Assembly: GCA_026025075.1 (NCBI GenBank)
Contig: JAPEUI010000056.1
Span: forward strand, 1-64,000
Length of the DNA: 64,000 bases
DNA from: Vezdaea acicularis
Taxonomy: Eukaryota
Reading direction: 5' to 3'
Shown: one piece after another, positions 39,400 through 52,864 of the stretch
Position numbering within the stretch: the stretch's first letter is position 1
Layout of the letters: every line of letters starts with the position of its first letter
Position numbers and translations under genes: made by a program
Notes under the pieces: generated by a model
Database searches by the model: none
Told to the model about the DNA's origin: nothing
The model's input: only the letters and a program-made list of their open reading frames with translations

Positions 39400-42300
39400 A
39401 TGAGTGACGACCATGTAATGCAAGATGTTTACAAAAAGATTGAGCGAGAGAAGAATCTTATTAATGGTGCTATATCGATGCGCCAGTCCACCAACAACCC
39501 TACCGTGTTGCAATCACTCGATTCGAAAATACGTGATGGGCGAAAGAATATAGCCTACCTGGAGGAAAGAATGCAGGAGCTTCGAGTCCGTAGCGCAGGT
39601 GGTTATACCGGTGGACAGGAAGGACCTCCTGCTCCCCCTCCGAAAGACGGGGGCGGAGGTCCCGCGGGAAGAATAAGTGGATATGGGGGTATGGATTCGA
39701 ATGGATATGGTCCCCAAGGTGCTCGGAACGCGTCTGTTCCAACTCGACCTCACTTCGAACAGTCCCAGCCTATGCCCCGTGGAAGACCAAATTACACAAA
39801 GCTAGGTATGTGATATTAATTCAAGTACCTCAAGCTGGGGAACATGATACTGACTAGTTTCAAGATTTGATCAAATATGATACGCCATATCTTGGTCCCC
39901 GGATACAGCTTATGCTGAAGCAACTGGAATTCAAGCTAAGGGTAGAGAAGCAATACAAAGAAGGGATCGAGAAGATGGTCCGTCTCTATCAAATGGAAGG
40001 TGACAAGAAGAGCAAAGCGGATGCAGAGTCACGCCGCGTCGAGAGTGGGCAGAAAATCCAGCTATTAAAGCAGGCATTGAAGCGATATGAAGATCTGCAC
40101 GTTGATATGGAAAGCAATGCCGATGCCCCTGATGGTTAGACTCCTTCCATGTGTGAGCGCGAATAATAGCTGACATCATGCGTGCAAAGATGATAGCCTG
40201 AATATGCCGAATATAAGGAAGCCCCTCACTGGACAGCTCTACATAAAAATCATTGCTGTGAAAGACGTTGACCATGCCGCGGTTGGCCGGTTTGCGCGTG
40301 GGCCAGAGACATTCGTTATCATCAAGGTTGAAGATGATCCCAAAGGGAAGACGAAAGCGACGCGGACGGATAAGTGGTCGGAAGACTATCACAGCATCGA
40401 CGTTGACAAGGCAAATGAAGTCGAACTGATTGTATACGATAAAGGCGGTGATCACCCCCTGCCGATTGGTATGCTATGGGTCAGGATCACCGATATAGCT
40501 GAAGAAATGAGACGCAAGAAAATAGAGTCGGAGTTCAATCAGTCAGGATGGGTGTCGGCTGATAAGGTGGATAACGATGGCCGTCACAATTCTACTCAGT
40601 ACGGGTCCAGCGGACCTCAACATCTTTACGGTGGGCCAACATCACAAGCTCCCGGCTCTGCTCCGCCCCATGGCCATGCTGCAAATCCTACTACTGCTCC
40701 ACCAATGACGATTGATGCTTGGTTCTCGCTCGAACCCGTGGGACAGATTCAATTGTCCCTTAGCTTTGGTAAGAGATATCCATGGTATGAATCGTGTTCC
40801 ACTGACTAAACGGCTTTAGTGAAAACAATGAAAGACAAGAAGCCATTCGATCTTGGCCGAATAGGTCGTCAAGGCGCGATTCGGCGGCGGGACGACGAGC
40901 AGGTTCACGAAGCTTATGGACATAAATTTGTTTCGCAACAATTCTATAATTTGATGCGTTGTGCTCTGTGTGGAGAGTTCTTGAAGTACGCGGGCGGCAT
41001 GCAGTGCAGTGATTGCAAATACACCTGCCATAAAAAATGCTACACCAAGGTCGTTACCAAATGCATTAGCAGATCTAATGCGGAGACGGACCCAGAGGAA
41101 GAGAAAATAAACCACCGGATTCCTCATCGGTTTGATACGTTCACGAATATGGGAACAAATTGGTGCTGCCATTGTGGATATATATTACCACTGGGCAAGA
41201 AGAGCGCTCGCAAATGCTCAGGTTCGTGTTGTTCCTCTCAAATTCGATATCCACTGCTTATCTAAAACCCAGAATGTGGCCTAACTTGCCATACCCAATG
41301 CGCACATCTCGTGCCCGACTTCTGTGGCATGTCGATGGTTACCGCAAACGAGATCCTTGGGGAGATTAAGAGAGCATCCCAGAACAAGCCTAAGGTTCTG
41401 CCACATAACCTGGCAGCGAAAAGCTTAAGGAAAAATCAGCCGCGGCCATCCGGTCCCGGCCAAATGTCATATGCACAAACGCCCGGGCAAGATCATATTG
41501 ATCAAGCAGATCAGAGAAGAGTATCAGGACAGGATTTGATGCCTGAATCATACACTCAGCCTCCGCAAGGACCATATACTTCACCCTCACCTACCCCTTC
41601 ACAAGCTTCATTGGACGCTGCCAAGGCAGCTCATTATGCTAGCAGCTCTCAAATGCCCTCACAGCAGCCACGGCCAGGGCCCGGAGATAGAACCTCGTCT
41701 TCGACTTACGCGGCCGATGCAGCCAAGAATGCTGTCTCTGGTGGCCTGCGGCAATCGGGGCAGACTGGCCCTGTTCCCTACAATCGGGCTTCAACAGATT
41801 ATGCTGGACGTGGCCAGCCTCAGCCGTACGACCAAAATTATCCGCAACCAAATTCCTCTCAGCCGCCTCCAGGTCCTCAAGTTCCCAGCTATGATCCATC
41901 GGCCTACGTCCAATACACGGGTGGGTATCCTAACCAGCCGATGAAGCAGCCTCTAGCGCAACAAGGTCCGCCTCTCGCTCAAATACCACAGAAGCAGGTT
42001 TACGCCCCACAGCCAGCAGCAGCGCAGCAAATGCCGCCACCGCAGCAGTTGGGTCAACTGCCCGACCAGCAAGCTTTACAAAAGAAGCCTCCTCTACAAC
42101 AACAACAACCACCGCCGCAATCGCGGACACGTATTGGTCTGGACCACTTTAATTTCCTTGCGGTATTAGGGAAAGGTAATTTTGGAAAGGTTATGCTTGC
42201 AGAGACGAAAGCGTCAAGGCAGCTTTACGCTATCAAAGTTCTGAAGAAGGAGTTTATCATCGAGAATGATGAAGTTGAAAGCACGCGATCTGAAAAGGAA

Positions 42301-43242
42301 GTATTCCTGATCGCGAACAGGGAGCGGCATCCATTCCTATTGAATCTTCATGCTTGTTTCCAGACTGAGACAAGGGTCTACTTTGTGATGGAATATATCA
42401 GCGGTGGGGATCTCATGTTGCACATTCAGCGCGGGCAATTCGGCACGAAACGTGCACAGTTCTATGCTGCAGAGGTGTGTCTGGCCCTAAAGTACTTTCA
42501 CGAAAACGGTGTTATCTATCGAGATCTTAAGCTCGACAACATTCTCCTTACCCTTGATGGACACATCAAGATTGCCGATTACGGTCTGTGCAAGCAGGAG
42601 ATGTGGTATGGACGCACTACTAGCACGTTCTGTGGTACGCCCGAGTTTATGGCACCAGAGGTAAGCCTTCTCGCGACAGGATCGAAACTGAATGCTGACA
42701 AATGCCCCAGATCCTGCTCGATAAGAAGTACGGCCGTGCCGTCGACTGGTGGGCTTTCGGCGTTCTCATTTATCAAATGCTTCTCCAACAGTCTCCCTTC
42801 CGCGGCGAAGACGAGGACGAAATCTACGATGCTATCCTGGCCGATGAGCCACTATATCCAATCCATATGCCGCGCGACAGCGTTTCTATCTTGCAGAAAC
42901 TACTTACCCGCGAGCCAGAGTTGCGGCTCGGCTCCGGCCCCACCGACGCACAAGAAATTATGAGCCATGCTTTCTTCAAGAATGTTAATTGGGAGGATGT
43001 CTATCAAAAGAGGATCCAGCCACCATTCCAGCCCGTCATCAAGGATAGGGCCGACACGAGCAATTTCGACCAGGAATTCACGAGTGTCACGCCTGTCTTG
43101 ACGCCGGTACAGAGCGGTACGTCCCTTATTTCTAATTTCAGACTTGTCTTTATGAGCACTTACGCTAACAAAATCTATAGTGCTCTCACAGGACATGCAA
43201 GAACAGTTCCGGGGCTTTTCATACTCGGCCGACTTTGTATGA
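39400..43242 (+). CDS. PKC1: Protein kinase C (HR1-HR1-C2-C1-C1-kinase), multi-exon
   Basis: HR1 repeats, C1 domains ([23 protein letters not shown]...WCCHC), [36 protein letters not shown] and FRGFSY. Confidence 0.97.
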
Positions 43243-43821
43243 AGCAATCAATCAGGATCGATTTTATATCCCCCTTTACTGTCTTTTTCTTTTCCATACA
43301 TACTTCTCCCCATCTCTTCATGTCACCACTTTCCCTTCATCACGGTCGTTAGGCGTTAGGAGCTGGCCTTTTATTATTTTTCAATAGCATGCCGGAAACG
43401 ATCATTTGGTATGAGAAGCGATGATAGCGGAGGCCCCATCTGGTAGGGAGGAGTGTAGAGAATGAGTATAGTTTCTATACCAGTGCATCACGGACTCATG
43501 GCGATTTCGTGAAACATGAATGCATTACTATCTAGAGCTCGGAATCGGCGTGAAGCGCAGAAAGTAAAGGCCTTCCCACCTAAAGCTCAACCCGCGATTA
43601 CATGTTCCCAATAGACAACATCACGGCCTCCCCTCCCTGCAAAAGAACATAGTCAAGCGTGCGACGCGATGCTGAGCAGAAAAGAAACCTTTAATGGTTT
43701 GTAGGGGTATCGTCCGAAGCCACATTGTCGGGAAATCAAAAAAATGCAAGACGCCCTGGTGGAAAAAATGCAGACGCTGACTCCGATACCAGATCATGCA
43801 CGTAATCAAGCCATCCCGCGG

Positions 43822-45442
43822 CTAAGCATCCGGATCGTCATCTCTGCCCCCGACATCATGGTCCTTTCTCTTCCGCTTTAGCTTCTCTCCCTTTCTCTCG
43901 ATTACTTTCTCTCCTTCCCATCCTAGGCCTAGATATCCGCATCGTTTCAGCTCGACGAACCACTCGCGGACGGCACATACGACGATGGCGATGGCAAGCG
44001 CGCTCCACACGTCCTGCGTGTGGTCGCTAAAGTCCAATATGGAGATGACCTTCATGTACTGACTGCCGTCGCGGCCGGTCGCTAGAGGGGGTCCCGCGCT
44101 GGCAACGGCGTAGGAGACGATGGCGAGGCGATGGCGGGAGAGCATGAAGCCGATGAGGGTTGGTGGGGCGTGGATGTACGCGTCTTTATTAGCGCCTAGG
44201 GTCAGGAACGGTTTCTTTGCGCGGAAGGCCTGGCGGTATCGATCGGCGAGCCGGAGGAGGCGCCTTTCCATGGTCTTTTGGAGGTCGGTGGTTGTCATGC
44301 CAGGGCGCTCGCGGATGCTTGCAAAGGTGGTAATGGGAATATGAGGTGTCCTGGCATACTCTCCGTCCTCGGCAGCCCACCTTATGTAGGCGTCAATGTG
44401 CTCTTTGAAGGTTCGGTCGGATTTCTTCTTGAATTCAATGAGTGAGCGGACGCGGGGGCCAAGTTCCATGAGCTTGTACAACGCCTTTTGTGCTGAAGAG
44501 GTAGGTATTAGTAAGTCAATTGGAAGTAGAGGAGGGAAATTGCATACCTCGAAAGTCTTTGTCACATACTGAGTAGATCACTTGCTTGGCTTCAACACGG
44601 GTAAAGAGATTTCGGGGAAATGTTGGATAATCAATGTCCCAGTGCACCGGTAGTAGCGGCTCGAAGCCTCGCAGCTGGATGTGTTTGAATAATTTTAGTT
44701 CCTCCTCTGTCCAAGAACCTTTTCTCTTGGCCTGGCTGGCCTCAACAGACGTGCGAGCGGCCTGATCTGCTGGAGCTTCTTCCTCAACGACATCGGTCAC
44801 TCGAGTGACCCTCCAGGGAGCTACTTCTTTCCTGTCCTGCTTTTCTTTCTCTTCTGTCTCGAAAAGAGTGTCATCGTTATAAATGTCGTAGTCGGACGAA
44901 GATGCGCGGTCTTGGCCAGAGAACAGACGTGTTGCATATACATAGTTTTGTTCAGAGGAAGAAGAAGTCATAGGTTGGTCTGAAGATAGAAGCTTCAAGG
45001 CTTCATAATTCGCTTTGTCATTAGCTGGCGTGCAGTCATCAATTAGGGTATAGCCATCGTCAAGTACGGCAGATGGCTCGCCGTGGGCCTGTCTACTCTG
45101 ACCTGAAACGAATTTTCGAAAAGACGTTATTGGACTTCCGAAGAGTTCAAGCAGTCGAGCTTCTGAGAAACTTCGCGGGATCGCATCATTGGCATTGTTG
45201 ACGTGTTTGGTAACGGCCGTTCTGCCGCTGCGTGACTCGTCGAGGATACGATTGATCGGCCGAACGCTCTCCTCAGTATCATGTAGCCAGCTACGAGTTC
45301 TAGTGCCGGGGCTCATGGGCCCAGACGAGGGAGACCGGCGTTGCCTTTTTTGGGAAGCTGAAGTCTTGGAATATTCCGCATGCTTGGGAGTAGACGAAAA
45401 GTACTGGGTGAAGTTGTTTGAGATCCGGTTGAGAAGGGCCAT
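43822..45442 (-). CDS. Conserved fungal hypothetical protein, 2 exons (intron about 44492-44547)
   Basis: GT-AG intron joins ORFs 44516-45457 and 43822-44565. Globular C-terminal block RGFEPLLPVHWDIDYPTFPRNLF...FR|AQKAL...YIRWAAEDG...QDVWSALAIAIVV. Confidence 0.7.
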
Positions 45443-46076
45443 CTTGTATGATCCCACCGCAAAAGCGTAGAGAATTGAAGGGTGGAGTATCTAAAAGGTC
45501 ACTGTTTGGTAGAGGATCCTAACAGCAATCTTGCATGAGGAGCGGAGTCGGGTTCGTAGTGGTGGAAAGTGCACGCAACCTGGTCAACAGGCGGGGTCAG
45601 ATACTTCTTGAGCGTACTATTCCGAGCGGTGAAAAGATCGAGGCCATAGGTGATCTTGAGGAGCGAAGTTGATTGTAGGAGAATTTGGAGAAAGAACAGG
45701 TTGAAACAACAAAGAGGTTGTGGCTTCAACGGTGGGGCAGTGACCAGAGCTATACTAAATGGGGAGGCTGGGCTTGCTTGTTCACGACGGAAACGGACTC
45801 GAGGCTCTTGCGGCGTTTGAAGGGACGCGACGCCACGCGACCCTGATGGCCGTTCGAGCGATTCTAATTGGTCCTTTAGCGACGGCCCGACAATACGCTT
45901 TCGGCGTCTCACAATAGGATGCAGCCTTTTGGTCTCAAGAGGCTTGTTAGGCATTCTACGGAAGAAATCTAGCTAACATGCATTGAATAGACAATGCAAC
46001 TTCCGATGACCCCCCCTCAATGTTTTGCTATTGCAAAGACAAGCGCTTTCCTATTGATGAGGCGGCAGGAGGGCCA

Positions 46077-47324
46077 CTAAACCTTCTTGCTCGTGTAGAC
46101 CCCACTTTCATCGCTTCCATTGATATACCCATTGCGGTTCCGAAGGGTATTGTCTCCCCCGTCTGGAAGCGTGCCAGTCTTCGTGAGGTGTCTCGTCAAG
46201 CCCTCCTCTCCGTGCTCGTGCCTGGCATGGCCTTTGGCAATGTTCGTCAAGCTATCACGGAGAACTATCTCATAGAAAGCCGTGGCTGCGAGAGTGGCAG
46301 GAATGTTCACGAGGATGGAGATTGCAGAGTACTTCGGGAAAGCACCTCTCCCATAGAAGATTGCAGCCACGAATCGAGTCCCGAGATCGCGAGCCATGTT
46401 GGTAGAGATGGTGACGTCGGCGAAGCCCCAGATCATGGTAGCATATGCAAGACCAATGACGAAAGGAACACCGGCTATACAGGTCAGCTTTAGAGTGTGC
46501 AAAACATGAGTTGATTCGACATACCAGGAGCAACGAACGGCTGAGCGGGATCCAAGCAAGTCCAAATCACAAGACCCTAATTTCTGTTAGTCTACAGACT
46601 TTTCGAGTTCCACCCATGTTGAACTTACGATGAAGCTGCAAACGAACCATTCAATGAAGAACAGGTAGCCATACGTCTGAGTTGGGAGGGGGAACGGAGT
46701 CAGGATGCCAGCAGGAGCTGTAGGGCCAATCAAAGTCTTGCCTTGAGCGAGGGTCAATTCTTTGAACAGGGAGATTTGCTCATGGTATTGGCCCATCAGA
46801 ATCAATCCGGCAATGAAAGCACCAAATACCTGGGCGAAGATGTAGTATGGGACCTTTTTCCATGGGAAGCCCTGCCAGACGGCGAGCGAGATGGTGACGG
46901 CAGGGTTGAAGTGACCACCGCTCGTCGACGCACACCTGTATTCAGATCAGCTCCTTGTTCAGATTGCCCATATCTCTGCGTTATGAGCGTACGTGATGAT
47001 TGCAAACGCGATGCCAATTGCATAGGCCCATCCAACTTGAAAGATCGATCCAAAGGCGGGATTGGCCTGGTTCAAGATGAAAGAGGCGGTGGCAGCAATA
47101 CCGGGGTACACGTAGAAGAACACTCCAGTAGCCTCTGCAGCCATTTCTCGTAGCCATCTTGGCCGGCGATGCTCAAAGTCCAGCCTCTTCTGTGAGACGG
47201 GTCGCCCATGCACGACGTTGCGCATTGCATGAGTCTCCAGAGCCTCAGTGACACCCAACTCGAGGTCATTCGTTTGCAGCCTACGGGCCGCTCCTCCATC
47301 AGAGTGCTGCTCACGAGTTGCCAT
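46077..47324 (-). CDS. MIP-family aquaporin/aquaglyceroporin, 4 exons
   Basis: AEATGVFFYV, SGGHFNPAVTI, GFPWKKVPYYIFAQVFGAF, second motif STNMARDLGTR; six TM segments after splicing. Confidence 0.9.
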
Positions 47325-48329
47325 GGTCAAAGAAAGTGATTGATAACTGGCCACTGTCTTCGAATTGAAGCTTTAGGAACACTGTAAATAGGGAAAAACT
47401 TGGTTAAGAAGCGGCGTAAGTCCAGTTACGAATCCCTCGTCTCTATATGTGTGTAAGAAAACATTGGAGGCGGGTGGTGACGACTTTCGGCCGAGGTACT
47501 TGAAACGGTTAGAGGCAGCCATTGACCCCGTCAAGCCCTGATGACCCATGGTAGTGCCTGGGTGTGGCTGCCCGGATGCGATTTGACAGAGCCAAGAACG
47601 AGATTGCCACCAATACGATAGCGCAGATTACCCCACAAATCTGGGGTCGAGCAGAATGCGGGGAACTCGCGGATCTGTATGGCTGGTTCGAAATAGCGGC
47701 TACCTTGTTGCGTAAAGGCTATGACGTCTCACTCTATCAATGTTCTTGTCATTTCACAGCAGTACGAACAACGAGATATGGCTATCTCGAAGAACAAGTC
47801 AGAACTCGAATGAAGGTTCTGAAGCAAGAAAACAAATGTACGGAGGTTTCTTCGCACTTTGGAGAAGGAACGACATGATTGGTACGGGAATGAGGAGCGC
47901 ACTCGAGTACGAGAGTCTTCAGAAATTGGAAAGATCCCGAGGCACGGCACCTGGCGCCGGCATTGAATCCAGGACTGGAAGCGCTCCGCTAGAGGATCTG
48001 CGGCTTTAGCATTCTAGTGGAGAAGAGCGTCAACTACAAAAGCGTGGTTTGAGAGGAAATCAAGAAGAGCTCCTGTGAAATGCTGTGGGTGACGATGTAA
48101 CGGCTTAAATGTGGCTCTCTTTAATGTAGCTTCTTTCGTTGATATAGAGTTAGTATTTCGTGGCTTTCGCTCCACCCAAACCTCGGATGACGACATGTCC
48201 ATGCGAGCTTCCGAACCCTCCGGCCGTGCGCCGGTTGAAGTATGCCAAAAATCAAAGAATCAATCAGCATATGCAATCGATTTAAGTTATTGATTAGTCC
48301 TGGTAAAAACTTAATCTTGCCCCAATAAT

Positions 48330-49188
48330 ATGGCCACGAAAGCTTTCGCAATCATTGCTGGGGTTGGTCCGGGCACGGGCGCTGCAGTCGCGCGGAAGTT
48401 TGCGACCCACTACTCTGTGGCACTCTTAGCAAGAAGAGCCTCAAATTATGAGCCTCTAGTTGACGAAGTCAACAAGTCTGGTGGAAGAGCCATTGGTATC
48501 AGTACAGATGTGACTGATGCGAAGAGCGTCAAAGAAGCCATTGCTGAATGCGAGAAAAGCTTTGGGGCCGCTCCTTTAGCAGCTGCGATCTACAATGTGG
48601 GTGGAAGGTTCATTCGCAAGCCCTTTTTGGAGCTGAGCTTGGAAGAGTTTGAGGCTGGATACGAGGCCAATGGGTAATATTCGCAATCTTTTTGAACCCT
48701 CCAACGCATGGGAATGATCGTTGACCAGTGGATTGTGTCCGCAGCCGTGGCGCCTTCCTCTTCTCACAAGCTACACTTCCGCTACTCCTTAAAGCCTCCA
48801 AGGTTCAATATCCACCCTCTCTCATCTTCACGGGGGCGACCGCGAGCCTACGTGGCTCAGCACAGTGCGCATCATTCGCCGTTGGCAAGTTCGCTGTACG
48901 AGCATTGTCACAATCGTTGGCGCGAGAGTACGGTCCGAAGGGGATCCACGTCTGCCACACCCTAGTGGATGGGCAAATCGATGTATCGCAGAACGAGCAA
49001 GGGGAAGATGCAACTAAGATCAGCCCAGAAGGAGTGAGTTTTTCATGACTGTCTTGCTTCATGCTCCAGGCCCGTAATGCTTACGTGTACCGTGGCAGAT
49101 CGCGGATGTCTATTGGCACTTACATACTCAACCTCGCTCTACATTCACTCACGAGGTCGACGTACGACCGTTTGGCGAGAAATGGTGA
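48330..49188 (+). CDS. Short-chain dehydrogenase/reductase, 3 exons
   Basis: IIAGVGPGTG Rossmann motif, AIYNVG, IFTGATASLRG, FAVGKFAVRALSQSLAREYGPKGIHV and RPFGEKW. Confidence 0.88.
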
Positions 49189-49260
49189 GGTCATGTCAGA
49201 TTAACAAAGTAAATAATCCAAGTATATAATTAACAGGGAGATCGCTATATTGCAACCTGC

Positions 49261-49833
49261 CTACAGGCCGAGATCTAGCAACTGATCCGGCCATCCCTTG
49301 TCATGAGAACATTTTCGGATCCCTGGCACGCATCTGGCCGTTTTCGAATCTAGCGCTCCTGCTTGTCTCATCCACTCTTTGCCCTCTCTTGTCAAGCTAT
49401 TCGACCGTGTCCTACCCAATTCCAGAGTATCTATGATATCCTGCGGATACACTGGTCTAAATCCAAGGAATCCCCTTAGATTCTCCACCACTCCTGGCTT
49501 ATGTCTTTGTCGCGCGCACTCACACGCCCTCTCGCAATAATCTGCTAACCGCCAATATTGCTGGCCGTAGGCGCAGACAACATTTCCTTGCAGATCGCAG
49601 GCACAGTCTATATTGCCGAGGTCCCCACCCATGCCATGCACGCATAGCTGTGTCACGTTGGTGTATTGTTCTCGAGGAGCAATGTTGGCGGGATTGGGGT
49701 GTAATGCGTGTGGCCAGCCCCATTGGGGCAGCGCGATATCTGCGCATTCTGGTAAAAGAGCCCGCTTTGATAGAGAAAGCGAGAATGTAGAGGCTGAAAA
49801 GAGGAATAGGAGATGAGTGAAAATTAAATGCAT
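49261..49833 (-). CDS. Small secreted cysteine-rich protein (effector-like), about 190 aa
   Basis: ATG at 49833 gives signal peptide MHLIFTHLLFLFSASTFS, then a Kex2-like KR and 10 cysteines (including CAC and CERACEC). Confidence 0.6.
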   Translation of the reverse strand: MHLIFTHLLFLFSASTFSLSLSKRALLPECADIALPQWGWPHALHPNPANIAPREQYTNVTQLCVHGMGGDLGNIDCACDLQGNVVCAYGQQYWRLADYCERACECARQRHKPGVVENLRGFLGFRPVYPQDIIDTLELGRTRSNSLTREGKEWMRQAGALDSKTARCVPGIRKCSHDKGWPDQLLDLGL

Positions 49834-51014
49834 GTTCCAGTGACGTTGGACTGGATTTAAAGAAACCAACAACGAAATAGGTAGAAAGCAAGAGCAAGCA
49901 TCAGAGAACGAGAGTAACGCCTTCACATCTTCAGATCATGTAATCATGGCGCGTGCGCGCTCCGGCTTAAGTAGATTGAGAGCAAACTTTTAGCCATCAG
50001 ATGATGACGCTTGACATCGGGTGTACTTCATCTTTCCGGAAGCAATTGGCTAGCACAGACCGGTGTTTGTGTATAGAGCGTCTTTCGACACTTCCAAATG
50101 CCTCACCTAAAGCTTTGACGGAGGCTTTAGAGCTGTGCTCTTGCTACGCGGGTAGTAAGAAAGGGTATGGCACCAAAATTCGCCAAAGATACTTTGTGCT
50201 CAACCCATAGAAATAGAGATATTGGTTTCACTTGATTAAGAGCATGACTGCTTGCCCTGATTGTTGAACATCGTACTTTTGCCTTATCAGGTGACCGATT
50301 CTTGCATTCAACTTCGTGAGATTCAATGGTTGGCGGCGGCATGTCTGGTCCTTGGGTGTGAAAACACTTTCGGTACTCGCTTGGGTGCCCCGCCATTGGA
50401 CGAGAGCGGACTTCGGCGAAGGCTCGACGCGTTGCTTAATGCGACTTGCCGCGAGCCGCGGCGCGGTAGCTTTTGGAGGTATTCTGACCAGACGCCCCAC
50501 ACTGTTCCCGACCATGTAGAAACGAATCGCGCCCTCCTTCTACCAGTGAATATGGAAGCGCATACCCCAGGCGCTAGTGTACAGCAACCCTCTGATACGC
50601 GGTATAAGGTCTTAAAACGACGTAGCAAGCTGATTGAGACCGACCAGCCAACATGCAAGTCAAGCGTCTTTCTAGTCGATTTGGGTCTCGCTGATTACAG
50701 ATAGCCAAACGACGTCGTTGCGCAGACAGTGGGGAATTGGCCGAGCCTACTCGGAAGAGCTTACGCCTCCAGGAGAGACAGCAGTCAAATCCACAGGTGA
50801 ATCGTCAGTCAAGTAGCATTCTACGAACTATGGCTAGTTTCACTAATAATAACAGTCAAGCAAGACTGCAGCTCCAGAGAAGAGACCAAAGAGCAACCCA
50901 AGCCTCTTCGGACAGAACGCATCCAGAACCGTTTGCTTGGCCCTCCTCGATTTATTCCCTGATCACTAACCTAAAATAGTCAAACGTCGCAGAGATATTG
51001 AAGAGGGACCTGCA

Positions 51015-52589
51015 TTGAGCTTCAGTGCTAAGCGTCACAGACATATCGATAATCGAGGGTCAAAAACACCCAACAGTGATCACAAGTACAGCTTCATCCA
51101 AAGCTGGCTGAGCACTCCGTCCTGGTCTCGAAGATTCTCAATGTCGGACAATGTGCAAGTCTCATCTGCCCAAAATTTCCGAGCAGATAACGTACTTCCT
51201 TCATCTCACACTAGTCGACCTTCCGCTTCATTAATTTCTTCACAATCATCCAGAAAATCAGACAAGTCTGCTGCGAATGTACGAGACGTAGACTTTGATA
51301 AGGCTTTATCTTATCGCAATATTTTCATTGAATCACAAGAACCTTCGCAGGAGTTTCTACAGAGAGCTAAGGAAGTCTTAAATCGCCAACGATTATCTCC
51401 TGAAATTGATGATGTCGCCGCAGAAAGATTCAAAACCTTATCAAATAAATGTCGACTGAAAGCCGAACCAATCATCAGAGAAATGCTCAGTCCTTACATT
51501 GTACCTCCATTAGACGAACTTTCTGAAACAAAGCTAGCAAGGAATATCGATCAATCATGGCGGAACTCTGTACCTGTTCCGCTTAACCCCTCTATTCTGA
51601 TAGACCCACTACCTTTGCCAACGCCTAAACCTGATGAAGCCTTTGGATATCGCTCAGATGCCTTATCTGCAGACCAGCGGAGAGCAATTGATCTTTTGGT
51701 TGACTCTACGGGCCAAAGTTATGCAATGCCAGATGACGAGATCCGGTTTCCATTTCTCACCATTGAGTATAAATCTCAAGCCAAGACAGGAACCCACCAC
51801 GTTGCTACAAACCAGAACGCCAATTCTGGCTCTGTTGCACTCCACTCAAACTTAGAGTTGATCCGGCGAGGCACAGGAGTCGCGAGCATTGACTATAATG
51901 AACCACAGTTCTTTTCTGGTAGTATTGATCACGAATCAGCGCGCATAAACGTTCACTGGTATAGCTACGAACATAAGGAGGACTTGTTCAGCTTTCACGT
52001 GCGGGCTCTATCGAAGCATTTCTTAGATGATGCTGAAGGCTTGAGAACCGTTCGACGGGAAATAAGAAACATCCTTGATTTTGGGCGCAACGAGCGGCAT
52101 AAAACACTCTCGGACGCGTTGGATGCATATACGCAAAGAATTCGTTCAGGAAGAGGAATAGCAAACCTCGAAGATCAAGCACGCAACGGCCAACTTGAGT
52201 CGCGGAATGGTCAACAGAATCGGCCACCGAGAATGCAGCCTTTGTCATCCCAGCGGAAAAAAAGTCGAAGCCGGTCAAGAAAGGATTTGCTAAGTGGACG
52301 GCAGTTATCTGATGATCTATCAAAGGCAAGAAAGCCGAGAAATGAGCAATCTTTGACCAAGCAACAAGGGAGTCAAGGCTCAAGAGAGGAGGTGGAAGTT
52401 ATGGGGAAAGAATTGTCCTCGATGCCACAGGTGCACCCGCAGACTCGCAGGCAAACCAAGGCAAGAACGAGGTCAAACCTTACACGCGCGTCTTCAATCA
52501 CGCGCCCGGACACTCAGAATCAGAATGCTCGAGTTAGAGTCACACGAGCTTCAAAGCTCACTTCAGCCGGCGAACCTATGCAGCAGTAA
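51015..52589 (+). CDS. Hypothetical protein with PD-(D/E)xK-like motif (resembles fungal DUF7924-type proteins); probable extra 5' exons from about 50552
   Basis: 524-codon ORF with PKPDEAFGY...FPFLTIEYKSQAKTGT..ATNQ and ARINVHW; basic disordered termini. Confidence 0.65.
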   Translation: MSFSAKRHRHIDNRGSKTPNSDHKYSFIQSWLSTPSWSRRFSMSDNVQVSSAQNFRADNVLPSSHTSRPSASLISSQSSRKSDKSAANVRDVDFDKALSYRNIFIESQEPSQEFLQRAKEVLNRQRLSPEIDDVAAERFKTLSNKCRLKAEPIIREMLSPYIVPPLDELSETKLARNIDQSWRNSVPVPLNPSILIDPLPLPTPKPDEAFGYRSDALSADQRRAIDLLVDSTGQSYAMPDDEIRFPFLTIEYKSQAKTGTHHVATNQNANSGSVALHSNLELIRRGTGVASIDYNEPQFFSGSIDHESARINVHWYSYEHKEDLFSFHVRALSKHFLDDAEGLRTVRREIRNILDFGRNERHKTLSDALDAYTQRIRSGRGIANLEDQARNGQLESRNGQQNRPPRMQPLSSQRKKSRSRSRKDLLSGRQLSDDLSKARKPRNEQSLTKQQGSQGSREEVEVMGKELSSMPQVHPQTRRQTKARTRSNLTRASSITRPDTQNQNARVRVTRASKLTSAGEPMQQ

Positions 52590-52714
52590 ATGATACCCAA
52601 TTCACATTTATAAACCGTCGAAGTTTCCCTAGCTGATCATTTGACTTGACTGACAATATAAGCTGATGCCGATAAGCTGTATATCTAGCTTACGAATTCA
52701 GGTATAACCTAGAA

Positions 52715-52864
52715 ATTAACATATTCCAGAGCATCTTCTTGCATTAACGTTGCCTTATCTAGCCTGCCTTAAATCTCATATTTATTTGCAAGGCTGATCA
52801 TCGCCGTAATGGTGTCGGGATGCTCTCCGCCCAGGATTCTCGTACTCTTCTCTGGGATGTCTTC
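52715..52864 (-). pseudogene. Relic TPR unit beyond the NLR stop codon
   Basis: After TAG the frame continues EDIPEKSTRILGGEHPDTITAMISLANKYEI*GRLDKATLMQEDALE. Confidence 0.75.
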
